Source of the DNA: a virus
Taxonomy: Duplodnaviria > Caudoviricetes
Strand: one strand, 5' to 3'
Virus record (IMG/VR): IMGVR_UViG_3300025608_000023
Location: 1 to 58,658 of that record
DNA length: 58,658 nt
Below are positions 1 to 8,861 of the stretch, one piece after another (position 1 is the stretch's first letter; the number at the start of each line of letters is the position of its first letter). The notes below the pieces were generated by a model. The model was given only the letters and a program-made list of their open reading frames with translations, was not told the DNA's origin and ran no database searches. Position numbers and translations under genes: made by a program.

Positions 1-132
1 CCAACACTAAGAAAGCGTTTGTTCGAGAAGATTAAAGCTGGCAGCAAGGGTGGTAAGCCCGGTCAGTGGTCAGCACGTAAGGCACAGATGCTTGCACGTG
101 AATACAAAGCAGCAGGGGGCGGTTACAAATAA
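1..132 (+). repeat. Left flank copy 1 (3' end of the basic DUF5872-like N-half gene), matching 56824-56958
   Basis: 1-104 identical to 56824-56927, then synonymous changes; ends GGGYK* here and GGGYKN* in copy 2. Confidence 0.95.
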
Positions 133-641
133 TGTATAAGTATTTATTGGTGGCACTACTTGTACTGGCTCCTTTTACTGCTATCGCACAAAGCAATACC
201 GTTACATCTACTGTGACAGGTACTACTACTGTGGATAAGACGCCCCCTACAGCCAGTGCGCCTAGCATTGTGATTAATAACCAAGACGTATGTACATCGG
301 CTACCTCAGTGGCAGTGCAGACACAAATTCTGGGTATTGCTACAGGGCAGACAATTACAGACGAGAACTGTGAGCGATTGAAGCTGGCACGTTCTTTGTA
401 CGGTATGGGCATGAAGGTAGCGGCTGTAGCACTACTCTGTCAGGATGACCGTGTATTTAATGCTATGAGTATGGCGGGTACGCCTTGCCCTATTGACGGT
501 GAGATTGGCGAGAAAGCAAAGCAGTTGTGGGAAGAACAGCAGCTTGATGAAGAACTTCTAAAGGATTTAGATAATGACATTAATACGCACACTGTTCTTA
601 TTCCTATTCTTTTGTTTATGTTCTTCGGTTTCATTCTCTGA
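132..641 (+). CDS. Cassette A gene 1: exported Cys-containing protein with C-terminal membrane anchor
   Basis: Signal-peptide-like N-terminus MYKYLLVALLVLAPFTAIA, 4 Cys, hydrophobic C-terminus; ATG overlaps upstream TAA. Confidence 0.75.
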   Translation: MYKYLLVALLVLAPFTAIAQSNTVTSTVTGTTTVDKTPPTASAPSIVINNQDVCTSATSVAVQTQILGIATGQTITDENCERLKLARSLYGMGMKVAAVALLCQDDRVFNAMSMAGTPCPIDGEIGEKAKQLWEEQQLDEELLKDLDNDINTHTVLIPILLFMFFGFIL

Positions 642-1980
642 AGAATATGAGCAGCAGTATTCGGTTGGGGATATTGGCCCTGCTGGTGGGACTGTTACTT
701 CCGTTACTATTTCTAGTTCTCTTACTGATACAATTACACAGGTCATCGGGGAGTTTGAAGAAACTACTGACTACTGGACGCACCAAGAAACAGTGGTGGA
801 AGCGTTTGAATCTACCGCCACCGAAACAGTAATAGAAGAAGTACAGACGGTAGTTACTACACAAGAAACTACACAAAACACAGTCTGCTTAAACTGCACA
901 GTAATAGGCGACACAACGGGTGACACAATTACGTGGGATGACGTTGCTAGGTTTGGCTATCAAGGCGGTACAATCTACGGAACTATTAACCTAGATGAGT
1001 ACCTGACGCAGCAACAGATTAATTATGGCTTTGACGCTGTAGCCACAATTGATACAATGACGTGCCTTAATACAATTGGAAGTAATCAGAGTTGCGAAGA
1101 CGTAGGTAATCCTACACCAGACACACTAAGTATAACAATCACGGTGACTGATGGGCGGCAGACTTATACAGATACTACAGAGCATACGATTGATTGGAAT
1201 CCAAGTACTTTTAAAACAGTGGGAGGCACTCTCAGTGTCCCTGCAAATAACCTTGACGCTACCACTACAGCTACTTTAAGTTTCTACGGTGTAGATAACG
1301 GATTCTGGGCTGGTCACTTTGGTCCTACTATTCAAGACCCTTCTTTAGTATTTGAATATACTGTTACAGAAATAATAACACAGCAGATTGAACGAGAAAT
1401 TGAACGAACTGTTATTGACTACGTGACTACAGAACTACTAACGTATGATGAGATACTAGACAGTACATATATAGGTAGTCCAGTTCCTGTCATTGATATT
1501 GTAATTGAACCTGTCAGTGATACTACATTCTCTGTAGAGGTTGTTGAAGTTGCAGAGTCAGGTGTAGAAGTTATCGAAGTACTTGAAGTCGAAGTTGAGA
1601 CTGAGATGAAAGTGGAACAGCCTGTTGAAGAGACCACTGAAGAAACGGAAGAAGCCGTACAAGAGTCCAGTAGTAATGTGGAAGAGCGAGTGGAAGCAGA
1701 AGAACAGACTAACAGCCCAAAGCCCACAGCCAAGACCGCAGCAAAGAAAAGTACAGGATATTCCACAGCATTAAACTCAGTTAAAGTAGCGTTGATGGTG
1801 CAGAACCAATCGACACAAGCATTCAAGGCGTACCAAAAAGAAATAGTTCCTGACGTGCCTTTTTATAGCCCCACTCAGATGGATGGGGGACAAACAGTAG
1901 ACAGCCCAATGGGTAGGTGGATGACAGGCGCATCTGAAGTATTATGGGATAACATGGTGGATTTACAATGGCAGAAGTAG
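574..1980 (+). CDS. Cassette A gene 2: exported acidic protein with possible FBA/galactose-binding-like domain
   Basis: Signal-like N-terminus, Thr/Glu-rich, motif GVDNGFWAGHFGPTI. Confidence 0.7.
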   Translation: MTLIRTLFLFLFFCLCSSVSFSEEYEQQYSVGDIGPAGGTVTSVTISSSLTDTITQVIGEFEETTDYWTHQETVVEAFESTATETVIEEVQTVVTTQETTQNTVCLNCTVIGDTTGDTITWDDVARFGYQGGTIYGTINLDEYLTQQQINYGFDAVATIDTMTCLNTIGSNQSCEDVGNPTPDTLSITITVTDGRQTYTDTTEHTIDWNPSTFKTVGGTLSVPANNLDATTTATLSFYGVDNGFWAGHFGPTIQDPSLVFEYTVTEIITQQIEREIERTVIDYVTTELLTYDEILDSTYIGSPVPVIDIVIEPVSDTTFSVEVVEVAESGVEVIEVLEVEVETEMKVEQPVEETTEETEEAVQESSSNVEERVEAEEQTNSPKPTAKTAAKKSTGYSTALNSVKVALMVQNQSTQAFKAYQKEIVPDVPFYSPTQMDGGQTVDSPMGRWMTGASEVLWDNMVDLQWQK

Positions 1981-2471
1981 AAGTAGGCGGTGTCAAATTT
2001 ACAGGCGGCAAGATGGTTGGCGTCATCGTAGGTATGTCCTCTATGGTTGGCGTATTGTACGGCGGCTTTGAAATGTATAAAGACTACATGGATATGAAAG
2101 ACCAAATCCAAAACTACGTAGCACCCGACCTATCTGGCATTGATAAACAGCAAGCTATTATGGAAGAAGAGTTTACCTCTGTACGAATAGAAGTCAACGC
2201 ACTAAAAGAAAACATCTCTGACATGAAGTCAGACGTACACGACATTAAGATTGAACTTAAGGATGACATCTCTACATTCTTTGACAATCTGGACAAGCAA
2301 GATGAGCGTAATCGTAACAACGTAGAAGATGTACGTGGTATCATCAACTCTTTTGAAATCCGTATGGACAATAAGATTGATAAGCTGGACGCAAAAATTG
2401 ATAGCCTAGAAGAAGAACTAGACAAAAAAATTAAACGGGCATTGGATAATCCCTTGGTAAACGGAGGCTAG
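1968..2471 (+). CDS. Cassette A gene 3: single-TM coiled-coil protein
   Basis: Hydrophobic MVGVIVGMSSMVGVLYGGF followed by heptad-rich helix. Confidence 0.75.
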   Translation: MAEVEVGGVKFTGGKMVGVIVGMSSMVGVLYGGFEMYKDYMDMKDQIQNYVAPDLSGIDKQQAIMEEEFTSVRIEVNALKENISDMKSDVHDIKIELKDDISTFFDNLDKQDERNRNNVEDVRGIINSFEIRMDNKIDKLDAKIDSLEEELDKKIKRALDNPLVNGG

Positions 2472-2472
2472 T

Positions 2473-2718
2473 ATGGCACGAGCAAAATCACAGAAGAGCC
2501 TAGTTAATTGGACCAACCAAGATTGGCGCACTAAGAGTGGCAAGCCTTCAGCGAAGACGGGTGAGAGATATTTACCTGCAAAAGCAATAAAGTCCTTGAC
2601 AAGTGCGGAGTACTCTGCTACAACTAAGGCTAAGAGACAGGGAACTAAAGCTGGTAAGCAGCATGTAGCGCAGCCTAAAAAGATTGCTAAGAAGACTGCA
2701 CAATTTCGGAGGGGTTAA
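2473..2718 (+). CDS. Basic protein, C-terminal half of a DUF5872-like protein
   Basis: QKSLVNWTNQDWRTKSG...ERYLPAKAIKSL...KQHV; GGAGG RBS; second copy at 58342. Confidence 0.75.
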   Translation: MARAKSQKSLVNWTNQDWRTKSGKPSAKTGERYLPAKAIKSLTSAEYSATTKAKRQGTKAGKQHVAQPKKIAKKTAQFRRG

Positions 2719-2795
2719 TGTTAAACCTATTGATAGGCCCATTATCTCAATTAGCGGGAACATGGTTAGATGGAAAAGTTGAAAAGACTAAAGCA
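2489..2795 (+). repeat. Right flank copy 1, matching 58352-58658
   Basis: 307 bp match with 2 substitutions (2542/58405, 2668/58531). Confidence 0.95.
2596..2625 (+). promoter_or_regulatory. Putative sigma70-type promoter for the lysis genes, inside a CDS
   Basis: TTGACA-N17-TACAACT with TG extension. Confidence 0.5.
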
Positions 2796-3101
2796 GAAGC
2801 TGCAACCAAAGTGGCAAAAGCTAAAGCTGAAGCTGTCATTATGGAAAAGAAAGCTACAGGAGAAATTGATTGGGACTTGGAGATGGCTAAAGGAAGTCAG
2901 TCTTCGTGGAAAGACGAGTGGCTTACGATACTATTCTCGATTCCTCTCATTCTTGCATTCATTCCGGGTATGGAAGAAGTAGTTGCAAACGGATTCGCGC
3001 AACTCAATGCAATGCCTGAATGGTATCAATATTCCTTGGGCGTTATCGTTGCCGCTTCTTTCGGAGTGCGTAGCGCGACTAAATTCTTTGGCAAGAAATA
3101 A
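2718..3101 (+). CDS. Holin (GTA 3TM-holin-like)
   Basis: Hydrophobic segments, motif SWKDEW...PEWYQYSLGVIVAASFGVRS, upstream of lysozyme. Confidence 0.7.
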   Translation: MLNLLIGPLSQLAGTWLDGKVEKTKAEAATKVAKAKAEAVIMEKKATGEIDWDLEMAKGSQSSWKDEWLTILFSIPLILAFIPGMEEVVANGFAQLNAMPEWYQYSLGVIVAASFGVRSATKFFGKK

Positions 3102-3158
3102 TGTACCATATGTGGGACATGAACAACAGGACAACAGAAGAGCAAGCGAGGATTAATT

Positions 3159-3359
3159 GTGACCGTAGCAATGGAAAGAATACTGGCGTGGAAGATACTG
3201 CCACGTTTGATGATGATTATGATGTCGCTATCCGCTTGGCGGGTAGTGGAGTGGTTTATGACTTTGCCAGACCCAACAACACAACAGTCGGCTCTAGTTA
3301 GCGTAGTAACAGGTGCTATGACTGGCGCATTTGCAGTATGGATGGGACACGAAAAATGA
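3159..3359 (+). CDS. Small two-TM membrane protein of the lysis module
   Basis: Two hydrophobic helices; stop overlaps lysozyme ATG. Confidence 0.65.
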   Translation: MTVAMERILAWKILPRLMMIMMSLSAWRVVEWFMTLPDPTTQQSALVSVVTGAMTGAFAVWMGHEK

Positions 3360-3841
3360 AGTACGACAGACACCAATTTATTGAGAAGTTAATTGCACAT
3401 GAAGGCTTACGCCTTGAAGTATATCAAGACTCACTAGGAATTGATACAGTAGGTATCGGACGTAACCTAGAAGACCGTGGCATCACTAAGGATGAACTAG
3501 ATTGGATGGATTACCCGTCTATTGATTATGTTTACTCTGACGGTATCAGTGAAGCAGATGCCATGTATCTAGCAACAAATGACGTAGAGATTGTCGAGGA
3601 AGAACTTGTACGTGCGCACCCTTGCGTAGACAAGCTAGACGCTGTACGTCAACTTGTGCTTATGGACATGGCATTTAATATGGGTGTGCCACGTCTATGT
3701 AAGTTTAAGAAGATGTGGGAAGCTGTACACAACGAAGATTTTTCTACTGCCGCAAAAGAAATGCTTGACAGCAGGTGGGCAAATCAGGTAAAATCACGTA
3801 GTACAAAATTAGCTAACGCAATGCATAATGGAGAGTTTTAA
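3356..3841 (+). CDS. Endolysin, GH24 (T4-type) lysozyme
   Basis: HEGLRLEVYQDSLGIDTVGIG with E-x8-D-x5-T triad, MAFNMG, AAKEMLDSRWA. Confidence 0.9.
   Translation: MKYDRHQFIEKLIAHEGLRLEVYQDSLGIDTVGIGRNLEDRGITKDELDWMDYPSIDYVYSDGISEADAMYLATNDVEIVEEELVRAHPCVDKLDAVRQLVLMDMAFNMGVPRLCKFKKMWEAVHNEDFSTAAKEMLDSRWANQVKSRSTKLANAMHNGEF
3765..3794 (+). promoter_or_regulatory. Putative promoter within the lysozyme 3' end
   Basis: TTGACA-N18-TAAAAT. Confidence 0.5.
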
Positions 3842-3842
3842 T

Positions 3843-3929
3843 ATGGCTAAGAACTTTAAACCTTGTAAGGGCTGTACTACACCTGCTAACTGCAAGGCAG
3901 TCAACGGCTGTCAGAATAAAGGTAAGTAA
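3843..3929 (+). CDS. 28-aa four-Cys peptide MAKNFKPCKGCTTPANCKAVNGCQNKGK
   Basis: Below ORF-track cutoff; GGAG RBS; fills the gap between lysozyme and the next gene. Confidence 0.6.
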   Translation: MAKNFKPCKGCTTPANCKAVNGCQNKGK

Positions 3930-3931
3930 CT

Positions 3932-4306
3932 ATGGCTAGACAGCTAACAGACAAACAACAGAAACTGCTCAACGTCCTCTTTGAAGATGCTGGTGGTGAT
4001 TTGGTGCAAGCAAAGAAAATGGCAGGATATGCTGACACTTCTAGTACTGCAGAAATTGTTAAGGGTCTTAAGGAAGAAATCCTCGAAGCGACTCAAATGT
4101 ATATGGCGCGTAATGCGCCGAAGGCTGCGATGGCTATGGTAGGTGGTCTACATGACCCAACTGAACTAGGTATCCGTGATAAGATGGCAGCAGCAAAAGA
4201 ACTGCTCGACCGTACTGGTCTAGTGAAAACTGAAAAGATGCAGGTAGAAGCATCAGGGGGTGTTATGCTTATGCCACCTAAAGCAATCGTAGAGGATGAC
4301 GACTAA
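3932..4306 (+). CDS. Putative terminase small subunit
   Basis: LTDKQQKLL...AKKMAGY HTH-like N-terminus and AAAKELLDR motif, upstream of TerL. Confidence 0.65.
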   Translation: MARQLTDKQQKLLNVLFEDAGGDLVQAKKMAGYADTSSTAEIVKGLKEEILEATQMYMARNAPKAAMAMVGGLHDPTELGIRDKMAAAKELLDRTGLVKTEKMQVEASGGVMLMPPKAIVEDDD

Positions 4307-4731
4307 TGGCACTGGATGAACTAGATGAACGTAGAGCAAAAGTAAAAGAAAAATATCGCCCATTGACAAAAACAGAAATTAATAATCTTTCACCTGCTCA
4401 AAAGAAACGGTATGATGAGGCAGTAAAAAATCAAAATATTGTTGTAACAATTAAAGGCGATAAAAAATTTTCAGGTACTAGGTTTACTGAGATTGATTCA
4501 GAGACATTTAAGCCTGTAAAAAAACCTATTATGAATACTCCAAAAGCTAGACAAAAAGCTAGAGTAAAAGCCAATGAATACAAAACTAGTGACCCTTCTA
4601 AAAAAGGATATTCTACAGAGTTAAATATGTCACTTCCAAAAGCAAAGCCTAAAATAGCACCCAAAGAAAAACTTGACTATAGAGTAGGTGGTATGGTTTT
4701 ATCTACAGTAGACAACCGCAAGAAAAAATGA
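4306..4731 (+). CDS. Lys-rich hypothetical protein ending in a YRVGGM motif
   Basis: ORF coupled to neighbours by overlapping start/stop. Confidence 0.65.
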   Translation: MALDELDERRAKVKEKYRPLTKTEINNLSPAQKKRYDEAVKNQNIVVTIKGDKKFSGTRFTEIDSETFKPVKKPIMNTPKARQKARVKANEYKTSDPSKKGYSTELNMSLPKAKPKIAPKEKLDYRVGGMVLSTVDNRKKK

Positions 4732-5129
4732 CTAGAAGCATAGGTAAGTGGAAACTTCCCCAACCAACCGACATTAAAGAAGAAAACGAATGGGTGCAGA
4801 TACCTCGCATTGCTAGGACTGTACCCTTCGGCTATAAACAAAATGATGAAGACCCCGACATTCTTGACCCTATACCAACAGAGTTAGACCTATTAGAAAA
4901 AGCACGTAGCCACGTAAATCAGTATAGTTATCGTGAGGTAGCGAATTGGCTGAGTACAAATACTGGTAGATACATTTCACACGTGGGATTAAGGAAACGG
5001 TTACAGAATGAGCGAAGACGTAAGAACCAAGCTAAAAGCCTCCTCAAGTGGGCAGAGTATGCGGAAACGGCAATCGCCAAAGCGAAAAGCCTCCAAGAAG
5101 AAAGAACAGGCTCCAAAGCCAACGGTTGA
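4728..5129 (+). CDS. Hypothetical DNA-binding protein (recombinase-DBD-like)
   Basis: PFGYK...YSYREVANWLS helix-turn-helix-like pattern. Confidence 0.6.
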   Translation: MTRSIGKWKLPQPTDIKEENEWVQIPRIARTVPFGYKQNDEDPDILDPIPTELDLLEKARSHVNQYSYREVANWLSTNTGRYISHVGLRKRLQNERRRKNQAKSLLKWAEYAETAIAKAKSLQEERTGSKANG

Positions 5130-6567
5130 GATTAAGACTGTTGAGTTTGATACTACGGAGATTGAGCAGCATCAGAACGTGTTGTTCAAACCTAACCCCG
5201 GCCCACAGACAGACTTCCTAGCTGCGGCAGAACGAGAAGTACTATTCGGTGGTTCAGCAGGTGGTGGTAAGTCTTACGCTATGCTATCAGACCCGCTACG
5301 ATATATGGGGCATCCTTCTTTTAGTGGGTTGCTTTTGCGACATACAACAGAAGAACTGCGAGAACTTGTATTTAAATCGCAGGAGTTGTACCCAAAAATC
5401 TGGCCCGGTATCAAATGGTCAGAACGTAAGATGCAGTGGGTCGCACCATCTGGCGCAAGATTGTGGATGTCTTATCTTGATAGAGATGATGATGTCTTGC
5501 GTTATCAGGGTCTAGCGTTTAGCTGGATAGGGTTTGACGAATTAACTCAGTGGGCCACACCTTACGCATGGAATTACATGCGGTCTCGTCTACGGTCCAC
5601 TGCACCCGACTTGCCCATCTATATGAGGGCTACAACTAACCCCGGTGGCAGAGGTCATCACTGGGTAAAGAAGATGTTCATTGACCCGTCACCATATAAC
5701 AGGGCGTTTGATGCAACAGATTCAGAAACAGGAGAAGTACTCCGCTATCCAGCAGGACACGAAAAAGCTGGGAAGGCACTATTTAAAAGACGCTTTATCC
5801 CAGCGAGACTATCTGACAATCCTTATCTGTCAGAGTCGGGCGATTATGAAGCGATGCTTCTATCTATGCCAGAGCAGCAGCGTAGGCAGCTTCTTGATGG
5901 TGATTGGGATATTAAAGAAGGCGCAGCCTTTACTGAGTTTGACCGTAACATTCATGTTGTTGAGCCTTTTGATATTCCTAGTAACTGGGTTAAGTTTAGG
6001 GCTTGCGACTATGGTTACGGCAGTAAGTCTGGTGTTATCTGGTTTGCTGTTGCACCTAACGAACAGCTTATCGTATATCGAGAACTGTACGTCAGCAAGG
6101 TATTAGCCACAGACTTAGCGGATATGATACTAGACCTAGAAGCTGGTGATGGCACTATTAAGTACGGTGTGCTTGACTCTTCTTTGTGGCACAAGCGTGG
6201 CGACACTGGCCCTAGTCTTGCTGAACAGATGATTGGTCGAGGCTGTCGTTGGAGGCCATCAGACAGAAGTAAGGGTAGCCGTGTAGCAGGTAAAAACGAA
6301 ATACATAGGCGTTTGCAGGTAGATGAATTTACAGAGGAACCAAGACTTGTATTCTTTAGTAACTGCACAAATGTCATATCACAACTACCGTCCATCCCTC
6401 TGGACAAGAAAAATCCAGAAGACATTGACACGCATAGTGAAGACCACTTGTATGACGCACTAAGATATGGTATAATGTCCAGACCAAGGTTTAGTATCTT
6501 TGACTATGACCCTATGGGTAGACCAAGCACAGGTATGCGGGTAGCAGACAGCACCTTCGGCTATTAA
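5008..6567 (+). CDS. terL: Terminase large subunit (start uncertain, 5008 or 5059)
   Basis: Walker A GGSAGGGKS, Walker B WIGFDEL, ATTNPGG, nuclease DYG and DHLYDALRYG. Confidence 0.95.
   Translation: MSEDVRTKLKASSSGQSMRKRQSPKRKASKKKEQAPKPTVEIKTVEFDTTEIEQHQNVLFKPNPGPQTDFLAAAEREVLFGGSAGGGKSYAMLSDPLRYMGHPSFSGLLLRHTTEELRELVFKSQELYPKIWPGIKWSERKMQWVAPSGARLWMSYLDRDDDVLRYQGLAFSWIGFDELTQWATPYAWNYMRSRLRSTAPDLPIYMRATTNPGGRGHHWVKKMFIDPSPYNRAFDATDSETGEVLRYPAGHEKAGKALFKRRFIPARLSDNPYLSESGDYEAMLLSMPEQQRRQLLDGDWDIKEGAAFTEFDRNIHVVEPFDIPSNWVKFRACDYGYGSKSGVIWFAVAPNEQLIVYRELYVSKVLATDLADMILDLEAGDGTIKYGVLDSSLWHKRGDTGPSLAEQMIGRGCRWRPSDRSKGSRVAGKNEIHRRLQVDEFTEEPRLVFFSNCTNVISQLPSIPLDKKNPEDIDTHSEDHLYDALRYGIMSRPRFSIFDYDPMGRPSTGMRVADSTFGY
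6448..6476 (+). promoter_or_regulatory. Putative promoter in terL 3' end driving portal
   Basis: TTGTAT-N17-TATAAT with TGn extended -10. Confidence 0.55.
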
Positions 6568-6577
6568 GGAAAAAACT

Positions 6578-8731
6578 ATGAATGAAGATGAAATTATGAT
6601 TGAAGACGATGCGATTGCATTGGAAGATACAGATGAGTCTGTAATTTTTGATGCAGAAGTAACTTCAATTATTCCGTTTATTAATGAGAAGTATCAACGA
6701 GCAGAAGACTACCGTGAGCAAGACGAAGACCGCTGGCTACGTTCTTATCGTAACTACCGTGGTTTGTATGGCCCAGATGTACAGTTTACTGAAGCAGAGA
6801 AGTCTCGTGTCTTTATCAAAGTAACAAAGACCAAAACACTGGCAGCATATGGTCAGGTTGTTGATGTATTGTTTGCTAATCAAAAGTTTCCTCTGACTGT
6901 AGACCCAACGGAGTTGCCTGAAGGTGTAGTGGACTCTGTTAGCTTCGACCCACAGGAACCAGAGCAACTGCGTGGTGAGACTTCTTTGTCTAGCCCATAT
7001 GGTTTTGCTGGTGACGGTAATGACTTGACTCCGGGTGCTACAGCAATGTCACTCCAAGAAAAGTTAGGCTCTCTAGGTGATAAGCTAGAACCAGTATCTG
7101 ATAAACTCAGCGAAGGTCCGGGCAAGACACCTACTGCTATTACGTTTAGCCCTGCAATGATTGCAGCTAAAAAGATGCAGAAGAAAATCCATGACCAGCT
7201 AGAGGAGTCAGGTGCTAGTAAGCACATGCGTAACTCCACTTTTGAGATGGCTCTGTTTGGCACGGGTGTGCTGAAGGGGCCATTTGCAATTGATAAAGAG
7301 TACCCTAATTGGGATGAAGATGGGAATTATTCCCCTGTTTTCAAAACTGTCCCACAGATTGAACACGTATCTGTTTGGAACTTTTATCCAGACCCTGATG
7401 CTAATTCTATGGACGAAGCACAATACGTAATCGAACGTCACAAGATGTCTCGTTCACAGTTGCGTCAGCTAAAGAAGCGTCCTTACTTCCGTGGTCAAGT
7501 CATTGACGAAGTTATTCAGATTGGCGAGAACTACACCAAGAAGTATTGGGAAGACGACTTGTCTGACTATGCACCTGAAAGTGCTATTGACCGTTTTGAG
7601 GTTCTTGAGTATTGGGGAATGGTCGATGTCGAAATGCTCGAAGAGCAAGACATCACTATTCCAGATGAACTAAAAGACTTTGACGAACTGCAAGCAAACG
7701 TGTGGATTTGTAACAACAAACTTATCCGTATGGTTCTTAATCCATTCAAGCCAGCTAAGATTCCATATCATGCTGCGCCGTATGAACTAAATCCTTACTC
7801 ATTCTTTGGTGTAGGTATTGCAGAAAACATGGACGATACGCAGACCTTGATGAATGGTTTCATGCGTATGGCTGTAGATAACGCCGTGCTATCAGGCAAC
7901 TTAATTATGGAACTAGACGAAACTAATCTAGTACCGGGCCAAGACTTGTCACTGTATCCGGGTAAAGTATTCCGGCGGCAGGGTGGCGCACCGGGTCAGG
8001 CTATCTTTGGTACAAAGTTCCCTAACGTATCTTCTGAGAACATGATGTTGTTTGATAAAGCACGTCAGCTTTCAGATGAGTCTACTGGTTTGCCGTCTTT
8101 TTCACACGGACAAACAGGCATTTCTGGTGTAGGTCGTACTGCATCAGGTATCTCTATGCTTATGGGTGCAGCCTCTGGCAGCATTAAGACTGTAGTAAAG
8201 AACGTAGACGACTATCTACTACGTCCTATTGGCGAAGGTTTCTTCCGCTTCAATATGCAGTTTGACTTTGACCCAGAGATTAAAGGCGACCTAGAAGTTA
8301 AGGCGCGTGGTACAGAAAGCCTTATGGCTAACGAAGTGCGTAGCCAGCGTCTGATGCAATTCCTTCAGACAGCAAGTAATCCTGCACTTGCACCTTTTGC
8401 TAAGTTCCAGTACATCATTCGTGAGATTGCTACATCACTGGACTTAGACCCCGACAAAGTAACCAACAACATGGACGAAGCTGCTCTGCAAGCAGAGATT
8501 ATGAAAGGCTTCCAAGCACCTGCCCCCGTACCGGGGCAAGAAGGCGCACCAGCGGGTATTAACCCAATGGACCCTACAGGTGCAGGAGGAGGCACAATAG
8601 GCGTAGGACAGGCTCCTATGCCGGGTGAACAGGGATTTAGTGCAAATGGACAAGAAGCAAATACTCAGCAACCTCAAGCCGCTGGTGGGCAACAACCACC
8701 AATGGGAGGCATTCAACAATTACTTGGATAA
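6578..8731 (+). CDS. Portal protein
   Basis: 717 aa after terL; podovirus portal-like motifs (FGTGVLK, FFGVGIAE, RTASGISML), Gln/Gly-rich tail. Confidence 0.88.
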   Translation: MNEDEIMIEDDAIALEDTDESVIFDAEVTSIIPFINEKYQRAEDYREQDEDRWLRSYRNYRGLYGPDVQFTEAEKSRVFIKVTKTKTLAAYGQVVDVLFANQKFPLTVDPTELPEGVVDSVSFDPQEPEQLRGETSLSSPYGFAGDGNDLTPGATAMSLQEKLGSLGDKLEPVSDKLSEGPGKTPTAITFSPAMIAAKKMQKKIHDQLEESGASKHMRNSTFEMALFGTGVLKGPFAIDKEYPNWDEDGNYSPVFKTVPQIEHVSVWNFYPDPDANSMDEAQYVIERHKMSRSQLRQLKKRPYFRGQVIDEVIQIGENYTKKYWEDDLSDYAPESAIDRFEVLEYWGMVDVEMLEEQDITIPDELKDFDELQANVWICNNKLIRMVLNPFKPAKIPYHAAPYELNPYSFFGVGIAENMDDTQTLMNGFMRMAVDNAVLSGNLIMELDETNLVPGQDLSLYPGKVFRRQGGAPGQAIFGTKFPNVSSENMMLFDKARQLSDESTGLPSFSHGQTGISGVGRTASGISMLMGAASGSIKTVVKNVDDYLLRPIGEGFFRFNMQFDFDPEIKGDLEVKARGTESLMANEVRSQRLMQFLQTASNPALAPFAKFQYIIREIATSLDLDPDKVTNNMDEAALQAEIMKGFQAPAPVPGQEGAPAGINPMDPTGAGGGTIGVGQAPMPGEQGFSANGQEANTQQPQAAGGQQPPMGGIQQLLG

Positions 8732-8861
8732 TGCAATCGAGCAACATCAAAAAGTAATGGAACAATCAACAGATGTTATTGTGCTGCATAGACAGCAAGG
8801 TGCAATAGCAGTACTACGTAGGCTAAAACAACTTAGGGATGAAATAAATGGCTCTGGATAA
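8646..8861 (+). CDS. Small conserved head-module protein
   Basis: HRQQGAIAVLRRLKQLRD motif typical of genes following portals. Confidence 0.65.
   Translation: MDKKQILSNLKPLVGNNHQWEAFNNYLDNAIEQHQKVMEQSTDVIVLHRQQGAIAVLRRLKQLRDEINGSG

Noticed and set aside
3101-3301. 66-aa ORF after the holin
   Set aside because: It overlaps the more convincing two-TM ORF 3159-3359 in another frame; a short real peptide at its 5' end cannot be excluded.
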